From an uncultured delta proteobacterium (GTDB lineage: Bacteria; Desulfobacterota; Binatia; UBA9968), in the NCBI GenBank assembly GCA_963760795.1, contig CAVXEP010000019.1:64001-128000 (forward strand): a stretch of DNA of 64,000 bases. Direction: 5' to 3'. Numbering within the stretch: the stretch's first letter is position 1; each line of letters opens with the position of its first letter. Of this stretch, positions 10,467-19,504 are shown piece after piece. Under the pieces are notes generated by a model. That model did not search any database, had not been told where the DNA came from, and saw only the letters and a list, made by a program, of their open reading frames with translations. A program made the translations under genes and the position numbers.

Positions 10467-11345
10467 TTAGTGCGACACGTCCAGCATGTTGCCTTCCGGA
10501 TCGCAAAGCTGGTGCTCACCGTAGCGGCAAGATTGCAGTAAGCCAAGCACGACGGCGTATTCGGCTTCCAAATTGGGCGACTTGGGCGCCAGCCATTCGG
10601 GATCGGCTTTCGCGAGAATCTCCAGATCGCTTTTCAAAGCCGCGACGTTCTCGACGTGGAAACCGATATGGTCGAGGCCGGGGCCTTTGTGCTCGGTACC
10701 GAGATAATCTTGAATCTTCCACGGTGCGAAGACCAAATTAACCGTACCATCGGTGAGATAAAAGTTGGGATCTTCCAGGGCCTTGTCTTGGTATTCGAAC
10801 TGATAAATGTCGACGTAGAACTGCGCGAGCTTTTCCGGATGGAGCGAGCGCATGGTGATATGTTTGATCCAACGCTCTTGCTTGCGCTCGCCGTCGAGCC
10901 AGACGCCTTTGACGTTGGTCTTGCCGGGCTGCATCAGATCGAAAATATTGCCTTCCGGGTCGTGGGTACTGTAGTCGGCAAAGGGGCGGTTTGACGGCCG
11001 CTTGACGACGCCGACTTCGGGGTACTTGTTTTTGATGCGATCGAAGGTGGCGTCGAGCTCGTCGACCTGAATGCCGAAATGATCGAGGCCGCCTTTGTAG
11101 CCGGGGCGGCGCCGATTAAAGGCTACGCCGATGTTGCCGTCGCTGGCGATCACCGTGCGATCGAACGGCGCGGCGACGCGCTTGGACGCCAATATCGGAT
11201 AGCCGAAGGAGCGCCCTTGCTCGGTTTCCAAGGACGGTGTCGCTTCCGAAGCCGCTTTGCGCAGATCGAACAGGCACTCGTAAAACTTAAACATCCGCGG
11301 TGCGTTCTGGCTCATGATGGCGACATGTTTGATTCTCGATGACAT
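10467..11345 (-). CDS. Two-domain VOC family protein
   Basis: Two IKH...LDHxG...DPEGN units. Confidence 0.85.
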   Translation of the reverse strand: MSSRIKHVAIMSQNAPRMFKFYECLFDLRKAASEATPSLETEQGRSFGYPILASKRVAAPFDRTVIASDGNIGVAFNRRRPGYKGGLDHFGIQVDELDATFDRIKNKYPEVGVVKRPSNRPFADYSTHDPEGNIFDLMQPGKTNVKGVWLDGERKQERWIKHITMRSLHPEKLAQFYVDIYQFEYQDKALEDPNFYLTDGTVNLVFAPWKIQDYLGTEHKGPGLDHIGFHVENVAALKSDLEILAKADPEWLAPKSPNLEAEYAVVLGLLQSCRYGEHQLCDPEGNMLDVSH

Positions 11346-11373
11346 GATACTGGCCTCCTGAATGAAGATGGTT

Positions 11374-12420
11374 TTATTTGCGGAGAAATTCGCTTTCGAG
11401 TTTTCTAAAAAAACCTTCGCGGTCGAGCTCGTCCAGAATGGTCTCGTCGACGAAACGGTTTAAGTCCGTATCGATCTTAGCCCGCCCGGGTTCACGCTGG
11501 ATGATTTCAATCACATCCTGAACGCCGCGCCGGCCTATTCGCGGGGGAAACGAAAAGACGTTGTAATAGCCGTCGTAGGCGTCTTCGGCGAGTTTGCTGT
11601 TGATGCGCAAGCGTTTGGCCGTGAGGGCGACGATTTTGTCTTTCAACTGGGGTTGGTAACGCAAGCGATAGAGCGCTTCACTGATGCCTTGGAAAAACCG
11701 CTTGGCGTTGTCGCGCTTTCTTTCCAAGAAAGTACGCTCGGTGATAAACGCGCGATCTGGGAATTCCTTCACGATCTCGCCGAGATCGGCGAGGATGTTG
11801 TGCCCCCGTTGCAGTGCGATCGCGGCATTGCTGTAGGGAACCACGGTGCCATCGATGCCGCCAGCGATCTCCAGCGCGGTGAGCCGCGTCATGCTGTCGC
11901 CGGCCGGGACTATCTTGACCGACTCGGGCGGCAGCCCCCAGGATTTGAGCGCCATCAGGATGCTGAACTCGTTGGCGCCGCCGAAATTGACCACGCCGAG
12001 CTTCTTGCCCCGCAGGTCGGCAGGTTTTTGGATTTCCTTGCGCGTGACGAATTTATAGAGGTTGCGATTGAGGAAAGCGCCGGTAACGACCACGTTGGCA
12101 CCGGCCAGATTGGCGCGGATCGGAGCCATCGCGGCTACATTGGCCGAGTCGAGGCTGCGGCCGACTAGCGCTTGCATCAAGCGCGAACCGCCGCTGATCA
12201 CGACGAGATCGACATCAAGGCCATATTTTTCGAAGATACCAAGATCCTTGGCGACAAACAGCGGCAGTTCCTGTGGGCTGGTGCCACCTGCGCCGGCATG
12301 GATGTGGCGTTCGAGGGCTGCAACATCGGCGGTGCTAGCGGCGATGAAAAGCAAAAACGCGAGCACGACAGTGGGCGGAAACATAGACGCGTTTATAGTC
12401 TGGGGTTTAGGGAGATGCAA
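11374..12420 (-). CDS. ABC substrate-binding protein (NMT1/SsuA-like)
   Basis: LPLFVAKDLGIFEKYGLDV and DLRGKKLGV motifs; signal peptide. Confidence 0.9.
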   Translation of the reverse strand: MHLPKPQTINASMFPPTVVLAFLLFIAASTADVAALERHIHAGAGGTSPQELPLFVAKDLGIFEKYGLDVDLVVISGGSRLMQALVGRSLDSANVAAMAPIRANLAGANVVVTGAFLNRNLYKFVTRKEIQKPADLRGKKLGVVNFGGANEFSILMALKSWGLPPESVKIVPAGDSMTRLTALEIAGGIDGTVVPYSNAAIALQRGHNILADLGEIVKEFPDRAFITERTFLERKRDNAKRFFQGISEALYRLRYQPQLKDKIVALTAKRLRINSKLAEDAYDGYYNVFSFPPRIGRRGVQDVIEIIQREPGRAKIDTDLNRFVDETILDELDREGFFRKLESEFLRK

Positions 12421-12469
12421 TCAGCCACCCGAAGTTGACCGATGGATTCTTGTTCACCACGAAGTGCAC

Positions 12470-13967
12470 AGCGCGGCTACGCCGCAACCAAAGTGACAGA
12501 ATAGTGTCTATCATGTAAATGGGAGTGATGGCTAAGACTCTCGACGGTTCGAGGAACGAAGGTGCGCAACGTTTCGTACAACGCCATCACGCCGATGTCA
12601 TCGGGGTTTTGGAAGGCTGGGATCGGCTGCGGCTGCAAGGGACGCTGCGCAGTCTCTATCATCCCTCGGTGATGGATTATTATCTGAAGCAATGTGGTGT
12701 TTTGTGGAAGGACTTTAAGACCTTTGTGACGGGCCTGACCGATCGGGTGAAGCAGTCTGCTGCGGCGTTGGCCATCGAGCATCGCCGTCCGATGATTTAT
12801 TTGCCATCGAGCCGCACTAGCAAGGAGGACACTGCCCGCCAGATTCAAGAGCGGGACAAGGTAGAGAGCGGGCTGATCGCGGTGTTCAGTTGCGTGGAGC
12901 CGTGCCGTCGATGGATAGCGCGAGGCAACCGGGCCACCCAGAAGTTGGAGCTGCGCTTGGAGTGGGGTAAATGCACACACCTTTACTTTTACTGGCTCCA
13001 TGAACAGCTGGGTTTTCTGCATTTTCGGCTTCAGACATGGTTCCCGTTTCTGATTCAGGTCTGTCTCAACGGACGGGAGTGGCTGGGGCGTCAGATGGAC
13101 GCTGCCGGGATTGCGTATCGGCGTGAGGACAACTGTTTCCCATGGATTGACGATATCGCTGGCGCCCAAGCGTTGATGGCCGAGCAGCTGCGCACGCGCT
13201 GGTCGAGCGTGCTCGACCCGCTGGTGCAAACAATGCCATCCGCTTAGCGCCGAGATCACCCGGCCCATCGAGCGCGACTACTACTGGACGGCTGCCGAGA
13301 GCGAATACGCCACCGACGTAATGTTTGGCGAGCGTGGAGCGCTGGAGCGGATTTATCCATCGTTGGTGCATCATGCGGTGATGAGCTTTGGCAGCGAACA
13401 GGTGCTGCGCTTTTTGGGGCATTCGGGCCGGTCTCCGGTTCAGGGCGAAGTTAAAACTGATCGGCGACGGCGTGTCGAGGGCGTGAGGATTAAGCACTGG
13501 GTCAATCAGAACTCGGTGAAGTGCTACGACAAGGGCAGCATTTTGCGTGTAGAGGCGACGATCAACCAACCCAAAGAGTTCCGAGTCTGGCGCGGGCCGG
13601 AGAATAAGCCTGAGGGTAAGAAGCAATGGCGCCCGCTGCGGCGTAGCGTGGCTGATCTGCATCGGCGTGCGCAGGTCAGCCGGGGTACCACCGACCGCTA
13701 TCTCACCGCGCTGGCCGCGGTGCATGTCCGTACTGCGCTGGCACAACAAGCGGCGACCGTATGCCGGCCTGTTGTGCGGCGTGATCGACGGCGCTACCGT
13801 GCGCTCAATCCGCTGGGGGACGCCGACGCTCAACTCTTGGCCATCGTCAACCGGGGCGAGTTTGCGCTCAACGGGTTTCGCAATCGCGATCTGCGTGCTC
13901 GTCTCTACGACGCCACCGAGGACCGAGAACAACAACGCCGGCAGATGACCGCGGTGGGACGGCGGCT
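12470..13967 (+). mobile_element. Putative transposable element of unnamed family, 3'-truncated, inserted in a palindromic repeat
   Basis: Flanked by CAC at 12467-12469 and 13968-13970; starts with hairpin AGC-GCGGC-TAC-GCCGC-AACCAAA; removing it restores the palindrome TTCACCACGAAGTGCACGAAG...CTTCGTGCTTTCGCGGTAAA. Confidence 0.7.
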
Positions 13968-13970
13968 CAC
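12519..13970 (+). pseudogene. Putative transposase/Rep_trans-like nuclease (~480 aa); frameshift near 13230; C-terminal winged helix cut off
   Basis: ORF 12519-13247 joins the frame of ORF 13321 (HP...YYWTAAESEYATDVMF...NSVKCYDKGSILRVEATIN...GFRNRDLR); after AVGRRL the reading frame runs into repeat DNA. Confidence 0.7.
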
Positions 13971-14042
13971 GAAGGTTTCAGATAATTATTATTCCGACCC
14001 TCGTGCTCTTCGTGCTTTCGCGGTAAATACCGACCGGCGATT

Positions 14043-14615
14043 TTACGTCGCTGCTTTGGCGGTCTTGGCAATGAACTTCAGGGCCACGCCGTTGTTGCAC
14101 CAGCGTTGGCCGGTCGGCTTGGGGCCGTCGTCGAAGATGTGGCCGTGATGGCCGCCGCAGCGTATACAGTGGTATTCGGTGCGCGGCAGGATCAGCTTAT
14201 AGTCGGTGGTCTTGCCGAAGGCGCCGGGGATGGTGGTGAAAAAGCTTGGCCAGCCGGTGCCGCTTTCGTATTTCATCTCCGAGCTGAACAGCGGCAAGTT
14301 GCAGCCGGCGCAGGCGAAGATGCCGGGCCGTTTTTCGCCGTTGAGCGGGCTCGAGCCAGGGGGCTCCGTGCCTTCTTCGCGCAGAATGTTAAACTGCTCG
14401 GCGGTCAAGCGCTTGCGCCACTCTTCTTTTGAAAGTTTTAACGGCTCGGTGGGCAGCGGCACTTTAACGCCGTCGGCGAGCAGCGTCTGCCAATTTTTTT
14501 GCAGCGCGTCAACGCTTTTTATCGGCGCAGCTGTCGCGGCGGTGGCAGCGCGGCTTTGCCAAATTGTCGAGAATCCAGCGGCCAGCATCCCTAAGCATAG
14601 CTTACGTCGCGTCAT
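14043..14615 (-). CDS. msrB: Peptide-methionine (R)-S-oxide reductase with twin-arginine-like signal
   Basis: EQFNILREEGTE, CxxC, SGTGWPSF, RTEYHCIRCGGHHGHIFDDGP and RWCNNG motifs; GGAG RBS before MTRRKL. Confidence 0.95.
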   Translation of the reverse strand: MTRRKLCLGMLAAGFSTIWQSRAATAATAAPIKSVDALQKNWQTLLADGVKVPLPTEPLKLSKEEWRKRLTAEQFNILREEGTEPPGSSPLNGEKRPGIFACAGCNLPLFSSEMKYESGTGWPSFFTTIPGAFGKTTDYKLILPRTEYHCIRCGGHHGHIFDDGPKPTGQRWCNNGVALKFIAKTAKAAT

Positions 14616-14839
14616 AGTTAATCTCCTCCATCGGCTAGCGCGATAACGCCGTTCGGCGGCGAATAGTTCCCAAGGTGGCACCCATTTGGCACCGAGTCGG
14701 CTTGTATTAAAACAGTAGGATCTCAATGACAAGGGCACATCGACTCGGATGGCGCCGCTCAGCGGGTCAACGCAGGCGGGCGGTAAACGGGGCATGTAAG
14801 CAGCGAATACAAGCGTCGATCAAAGCTTATGTCAAATGG

Positions 14840-15229
14840 TCACAGCACATGGAGAGCTTGAAGCTTGCTCATGATCTCCGCAGTGAGCTCAATGAACTCG
14901 GACAGACGCGCGGGATCGCAAGCGAATCCGGCGACCTTGGCTGAACCCAGGGCTAATGATCTAATCAGCTCAGTATCTGGCGGCAGCACTTTCGATCGGC
15001 CATCATTGAAGCGAAGTCTGATAGCCTTCATCAATTCCAGGTTGGCTTCGATGTTCGATCGTGCCGCGCGATAATAGTCTTGGCTGGCTGGATCTTCTGC
15101 GTTGTTTTCCTGTGCCAGCAGTTTCTCGCGGCAAAGCGACAGGGCATCGGACACGATAAAATGCGCCGCCGAGTAATTGTTGATCTCATCGCTAGAGAGG
15201 TCGCTTTTAGTTCTTGCTTGAGTGCTCAC
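14840..15229 (-). CDS. Hypothetical protein (129 aa)
   Basis: GTG start preceded by GAGGA; no recognisable family. Confidence 0.55.
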   Translation of the reverse strand: MSTQARTKSDLSSDEINNYSAAHFIVSDALSLCREKLLAQENNAEDPASQDYYRAARSNIEANLELMKAIRLRFNDGRSKVLPPDTELIRSLALGSAKVAGFACDPARLSEFIELTAEIMSKLQALHVL

Positions 15230-15317
15230 GTTGGATCCTCGAAAACCAATCTACACGTCGGCGCCCAGTTGCGGGTTACCGCGGAATAGTCAGCGTTTTC
15301 GTTTTGTCCTACGCTAC

Positions 15318-15332
15318 GCAAACAGTTTGCCA
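15318..15332 (-). promoter_or_regulatory. Putative sigma-54 (-24/-12) promoter
   Basis: Minus strand TGGCAAACTGTTTGC = GG-N10-GC, about 90 nt upstream of the 15229 start. Confidence 0.4.
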
Positions 15333-15576
15333 CTCATGCTGACCCACGGAAAATTGCCGCCAGGAGTGGTAAGCTGCTGAAACACAAGGCGCTCTTCGCC
15401 GAACACTGGCTCATCAGGATCACTTCAGCGGATCTTTCGGATGGCTCATAAGCAACCGCTGTTACCAACTGTAAACTTAGTTGTTCGCTTAATAGTTGTT
15501 GGAGCAGAGGGGATTGGCCGTGATTGCCGCAGCGGTGTCCTGGCTCCGACCATTTTGACCGTGAAATTCGACGGCC

Positions 15577-16617
15577 TTACCAGGGTTTTCCCGGAACTTC
15601 ACCACCCCAGAGATCTTTGAGAAAACCGCTTTTCGCCAAATTTTCGGCGAAACTGTTGTCGTAGGTTTCACTCGGTTTGCGGTGCACTTGGGCACCGGCC
15701 TGACGGGCGGACTCGATGGTATCGGCGACCCGGGATGCGGGAATGGTGACGCGGCGATTGACCAGCTGTTTGGCGTAGGCATCGTAGGCCGCTTGCAGCG
15801 ATTCGGCATCCTTGATCGCCAAGACTTTTCCCACCGAGGCTTTGGCACGTTCCGGGTTCTTTTCGACGAAATGAACCGCTTCCGCCATGGCGGCGACGAA
15901 TTTCTGCACGACCTCGGGCCGTTCTTTAAGGATTCGATTGCTGGTGAACAGGCTGCTGTAAATCGCCGGCAAATTGAGATTGTCGAGTTGATAGATGACG
16001 TTGAGGCCATCGCGCCGGGCGCGCGCGTCGAGGGGTGGCGTGACCATGGTCGCGTGCCCCAAGTCTTGCAGCAAGGCGTTGTACACCTCAGTTTGGCCGG
16101 CGCCGCCGATATGGCGAATGTTCAAGTCGTTGGCGCTGAAGTTGAGCCGCTTCATCAAGACGCGGATCAGCGTGTCCGGCGTGCCGCCGGGGCGGGTGGC
16201 GATAAAAATCTTGCCCTTCAGATCTTCGACGCGGCGGATGTCTTTGCGCGCGATTATCACCCAGGGTAGGCCGACCAAGGGCGAGGCGATCATCTTGGCT
16301 TCGGCGCCGGCGGCCAGGCTCGGAATGATCGCATCGGCAGTGCAGTAGAGGAACTGGAGTTCATTGGCGGACAGCGCCGCCACTGAAACACCGGCACCAC
16401 GGATCAACAGGAACTCGACTTTGAGACCGTACTTCTCGAATAGCCGGTTGTCGACGGCGGTGTAAAGATGCATGAAGCCACCGCTGATCGCACAGGTGGC
16501 GACGCGAATCGATGTCGGAGTTTCACCGGTCTTGGCCAGGTAGGGATTGGCCGCGTGCAGCACAGAGGATGAGCAGAGCAGGAACACGAGAGCGATTAAT
16601 TTGCCGGTGTAATTCAT
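15577..16617 (-). CDS. ABC substrate-binding protein (NMT1/SsuA-like)
   Basis: Signal peptide; LFEKYGLKVE and EDLKGK motifs. Confidence 0.9.
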   Translation of the reverse strand: MNYTGKLIALVFLLCSSSVLHAANPYLAKTGETPTSIRVATCAISGGFMHLYTAVDNRLFEKYGLKVEFLLIRGAGVSVAALSANELQFLYCTADAIIPSLAAGAEAKMIASPLVGLPWVIIARKDIRRVEDLKGKIFIATRPGGTPDTLIRVLMKRLNFSANDLNIRHIGGAGQTEVYNALLQDLGHATMVTPPLDARARRDGLNVIYQLDNLNLPAIYSSLFTSNRILKERPEVVQKFVAAMAEAVHFVEKNPERAKASVGKVLAIKDAESLQAAYDAYAKQLVNRRVTIPASRVADTIESARQAGAQVHRKPSETYDNSFAENLAKSGFLKDLWGGEVPGKPW

Positions 16618-16918
16618 GTGGAATCTCCCGAGTGGTAGCAGGACGCGAAACGGCGAACACGCTTGATCTCAACAACCTAGCATGAACTACGAAAGGATCG
16701 CACTTTTGCGGCAAACTTAGACTGGGTATTGTTGTGATGTCGATTTGGCGCGTTAACGCGGAATCGTCTTTCATCAAGCGGTCGAGGTGATTTTCGCTGA
16801 ATATCTTTTCCGGCTTCGCTAAGATGTGATCGTTAGATAATAAGGAACGACGGAACATACGCATTTTCTAGGCGCACACCGAGATATCGTTGTGATAGAG
16901 AGCGATCACAATTAAGAC

Positions 16919-16952
16919 TGTTCAAGGTTCAATCGTTCAAAGTTCAAGGTTT
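16919..16952. repeat. GTTCAA tandem array
   Basis: GTTCAAGGTTCAATCGTTCAAAGTTCAAGG. Confidence 0.7.
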
Positions 16953-17000
16953 CCGCACTCGGAACAAGTCTCAGATGGTTCAGCCTAGGAGAGGACGCAG

Positions 17001-17984
17001 TTACTTGCCGAGTGTTGCTAGCGCTTTAGTGTAAAAGCGTTCGTCGACATATTTTTCGGCTTTGGTTTCGCCGGGTTTCATCAGGCCGGCGACTTCGCGC
17101 AGTTCTATAACCGTGCGGATGCCCGCCATGTCGATCCGGCTGCGCGCTGTCAGGCCCATGGTTGGGCTTAGCGTGCTGGCGTACATGGCCTCGGCGCGCG
17201 CTTTGTTGCCCTTGGTTTCGCCGAGCAACAGCTGCACCGCTTCGTCTTTGTTTTTCTTGTCCTGCAGCCAATCGGTGGCGCGGATCATGGCGCGGTTGAA
17301 GCGCACGACCAGCTCTTCGTTAGCGTTGGCCCAGACCCGCCGGGTGGCACCCAGGCCGCGGGCGTAATTTTTGACGTAATCTTCCGAGCGCGCCAGGATC
17401 TTGAAGCCGCGTTTGGCGATGTCTTCGTCCGGCATGCTCATCATCGCGCCGGCGGCGTCGCCCCGGCTCATGGCGTCGGCGCGGGCGCCGGTGTTGCCGA
17501 AGGACTTTATCTGGTAGTCCTTCTTCCACTCCAGGCCATGCTTTTTGAGGATGGCGATAGCGACCACCGCATAGCCCGTGGTGACCGCGTCGGCGGCCAG
17601 CAGTTTACCCTTGAGATCGGCGAAATCGTTGATGCCCGGTGCGACCACCAGTTTTTGATCGACGCCCTGGCTGCCGCCGAGGAAGATCACGAAGTCGTTT
17701 TTCTGCGGGTCTTCGCCCTGGCCTTCGGCCCAAGCGATGACGTTGTCTGCGTTGTTCAAGATCATGTCATAGTTGCCCTTGATCAAGTTGCGCAGCAAGG
17801 TCGGCGAGTCGGTGACCGTGCTGATCTCGACGGCGATATTTTCCTGCTTGAGAAAGCCTTTTTCGACCGCCGTGATGATCGCGGCGTCACGGTTGAATAA
17901 ACCGATTTTGATCGAGTCTTGCGCCATAAGTTCGTTCGGCAGCAGCGCTATCGCGGCTGCCAACACTCCCTTCAATAGTTTCAT
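17001..17984 (-). CDS. ABC substrate-binding protein (NMT1/SsuA-like)
   Basis: GGAGGA RBS before MKLLKG; signal peptide; ADLKGK motif. Confidence 0.88.
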   Translation of the reverse strand: MKLLKGVLAAAIALLPNELMAQDSIKIGLFNRDAAIITAVEKGFLKQENIAVEISTVTDSPTLLRNLIKGNYDMILNNADNVIAWAEGQGEDPQKNDFVIFLGGSQGVDQKLVVAPGINDFADLKGKLLAADAVTTGYAVVAIAILKKHGLEWKKDYQIKSFGNTGARADAMSRGDAAGAMMSMPDEDIAKRGFKILARSEDYVKNYARGLGATRRVWANANEELVVRFNRAMIRATDWLQDKKNKDEAVQLLLGETKGNKARAEAMYASTLSPTMGLTARSRIDMAGIRTVIELREVAGLMKPGETKAEKYVDERFYTKALATLGK

Positions 17985-18469
17985 TCGAAGATCCTCCGCA
18001 GGCATTTATCCAATTCCCGTCCGTGCTTGTCAATATGCGCGATGCCAATCCGTGAATCGTCCAGGCGCTAACGGCGCTGGAAAAGCTTGCCGCAACTCTA
18101 CGACGGCGATTGTTCAGAATTGACTGGGTTCGCTAGCACAACGACTGGTCCGCGCTGGGGCGCTCGGCGACGGTGGGAACCATGACCGGGTTTAACGTCT
18201 GCCTTCAAATATGCCGCGACTGGTGGAGCTCGCGGTCGATCGCTTCGGTGGCGCGGCAGGCTTGGTCGAGAATTTCTTCTTCGTGCTTTACTTGATACCA
18301 GCGACGATCCGGCTACGGGCGGTGTCGGACTCGGTGCGGCGTTATTTTATCGCGGATAAACAGGTTGTGAGGATCATCGATACGATGCCACCGCCGATGC
18401 CGCGTTAGCGCACACCGGCAAGCCGCTTAGCCAGCTCACCATGAGTAATCGTTCCAGGGGCGCACGATG

Positions 18470-19501
18470 CTACAGCGACAGCTTCTCCCAATCGGCGCTC
18501 GAAGCATCGCGGGCGATGGCCAAGCCGCCGTCGCAACCGGCGAACACCGGATCTTTGACTACCGTCGCGCGACCCCCGCCGAGCTCGATCAGGGATTTCT
18601 GGATCGCGTCAGTCAGTCCGGCGATCAGCGAGGAGCCGCCGGCGAGAATGACGTTGTTGCGGACTTTGTCTTGGAAGTCAGGCTCGACTTTCGACAGGAT
18701 ATCTTGCAGGGTCTCGCAGATCGGCGGCAGGATGCTTTCGCAGGCGGTGCGCATTTCGTGAGTGATATCGAGTTCGCTGGCTTTGCCTTTGACCGGTGCG
18801 CTGACGACGACGCGGTCTTTAGGTTCACCGACAAAGCTCCATTGCTCCTTCCACTGGCGGATCATGTGCACGGAAAACTGCGCGTCGGGATGGCGTTCGC
18901 GGACCAGTTTTTCTAACTGTTCGTCGATGGAGTCGCCGGCGGCGGACAGAGTGCGCTGGTCGTCTTCGGTGGGATAACGCCCCTGCATGACACAAAAGTC
19001 GGCGGTGCCGGCGCCGATGTCGATCACCAAGGCGTGCAGCAACGCTTCCAGGCCGTAAGCGACGGCGAAGGGTTCAGAGACCAGCATGACGCTGTCGGCG
19101 ATGCCTTCCATGGTGTTGCGCAGATTTTGCCGGCTCACTCGGAAGGCCTCCGCCGGCACGCCGACCACCGCGCGCACTTTCGATTTGTTTTTACCTTTTT
19201 GCTTGATGCCGGCGAGGTTGATCAGATGTTTGAGAATCTCCTGCACCGCCTCTTGGTCTTTCTCCGAGCCTTCCTTCATGATGCCCCGTTCGAGCGGGCG
19301 GCGCAGATCGAGCATGGAGCGGTTATCGAGCGCCTCGCGGCCGATCAAGATGGCTTTTTTGATGATCTTGCGCGCCACCATATCCAGCGGCCAACCGACA
19401 TAGCTGTCGATCACATGGCGCTCGCCGTTTGACGCGGAGATCGAGCTGCGCGAGGTGCCAAGATCGATGCCGACGCAGAGGGGTTCATTGCTTTCTTCCA
19501 T
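18470..19501 (-). CDS. MamK-like bacterial actin
   Basis: GIDLGTS (phosphate 1), SEPFAVAYGL, VIDIGAGTADFC (phosphate 2), P.EDDQ.TL..AG, KEQWSFVG, ILAGGSSLI and KDPVFAGC.G motifs match MamK rather than MreB, by recall. Confidence 0.85.
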   Translation of the reverse strand: MEESNEPLCVGIDLGTSRSSISASNGERHVIDSYVGWPLDMVARKIIKKAILIGREALDNRSMLDLRRPLERGIMKEGSEKDQEAVQEILKHLINLAGIKQKGKNKSKVRAVVGVPAEAFRVSRQNLRNTMEGIADSVMLVSEPFAVAYGLEALLHALVIDIGAGTADFCVMQGRYPTEDDQRTLSAAGDSIDEQLEKLVRERHPDAQFSVHMIRQWKEQWSFVGEPKDRVVVSAPVKGKASELDITHEMRTACESILPPICETLQDILSKVEPDFQDKVRNNVILAGGSSLIAGLTDAIQKSLIELGGGRATVVKDPVFAGCDGGLAIARDASSADWEKLSL

Positions 19502-19504
19502 GAC

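Noticed and set aside
13971-14148. C-terminal extension of ORF 13321-14148
   Set aside because: Read-through into repeat DNA and antisense msrB after the element's truncation point.
18060-18465. Possible third gene downstream of the MamK-like actin
   Set aside because: All minus-strand frames are interrupted by stops; the short plus-strand ORF 18211-18408 lacks support.
18470-19501. Magnetosome island or mreB call
   Set aside because: No other mam genes or mreCD in the window; gene symbol withheld pending phylogeny.
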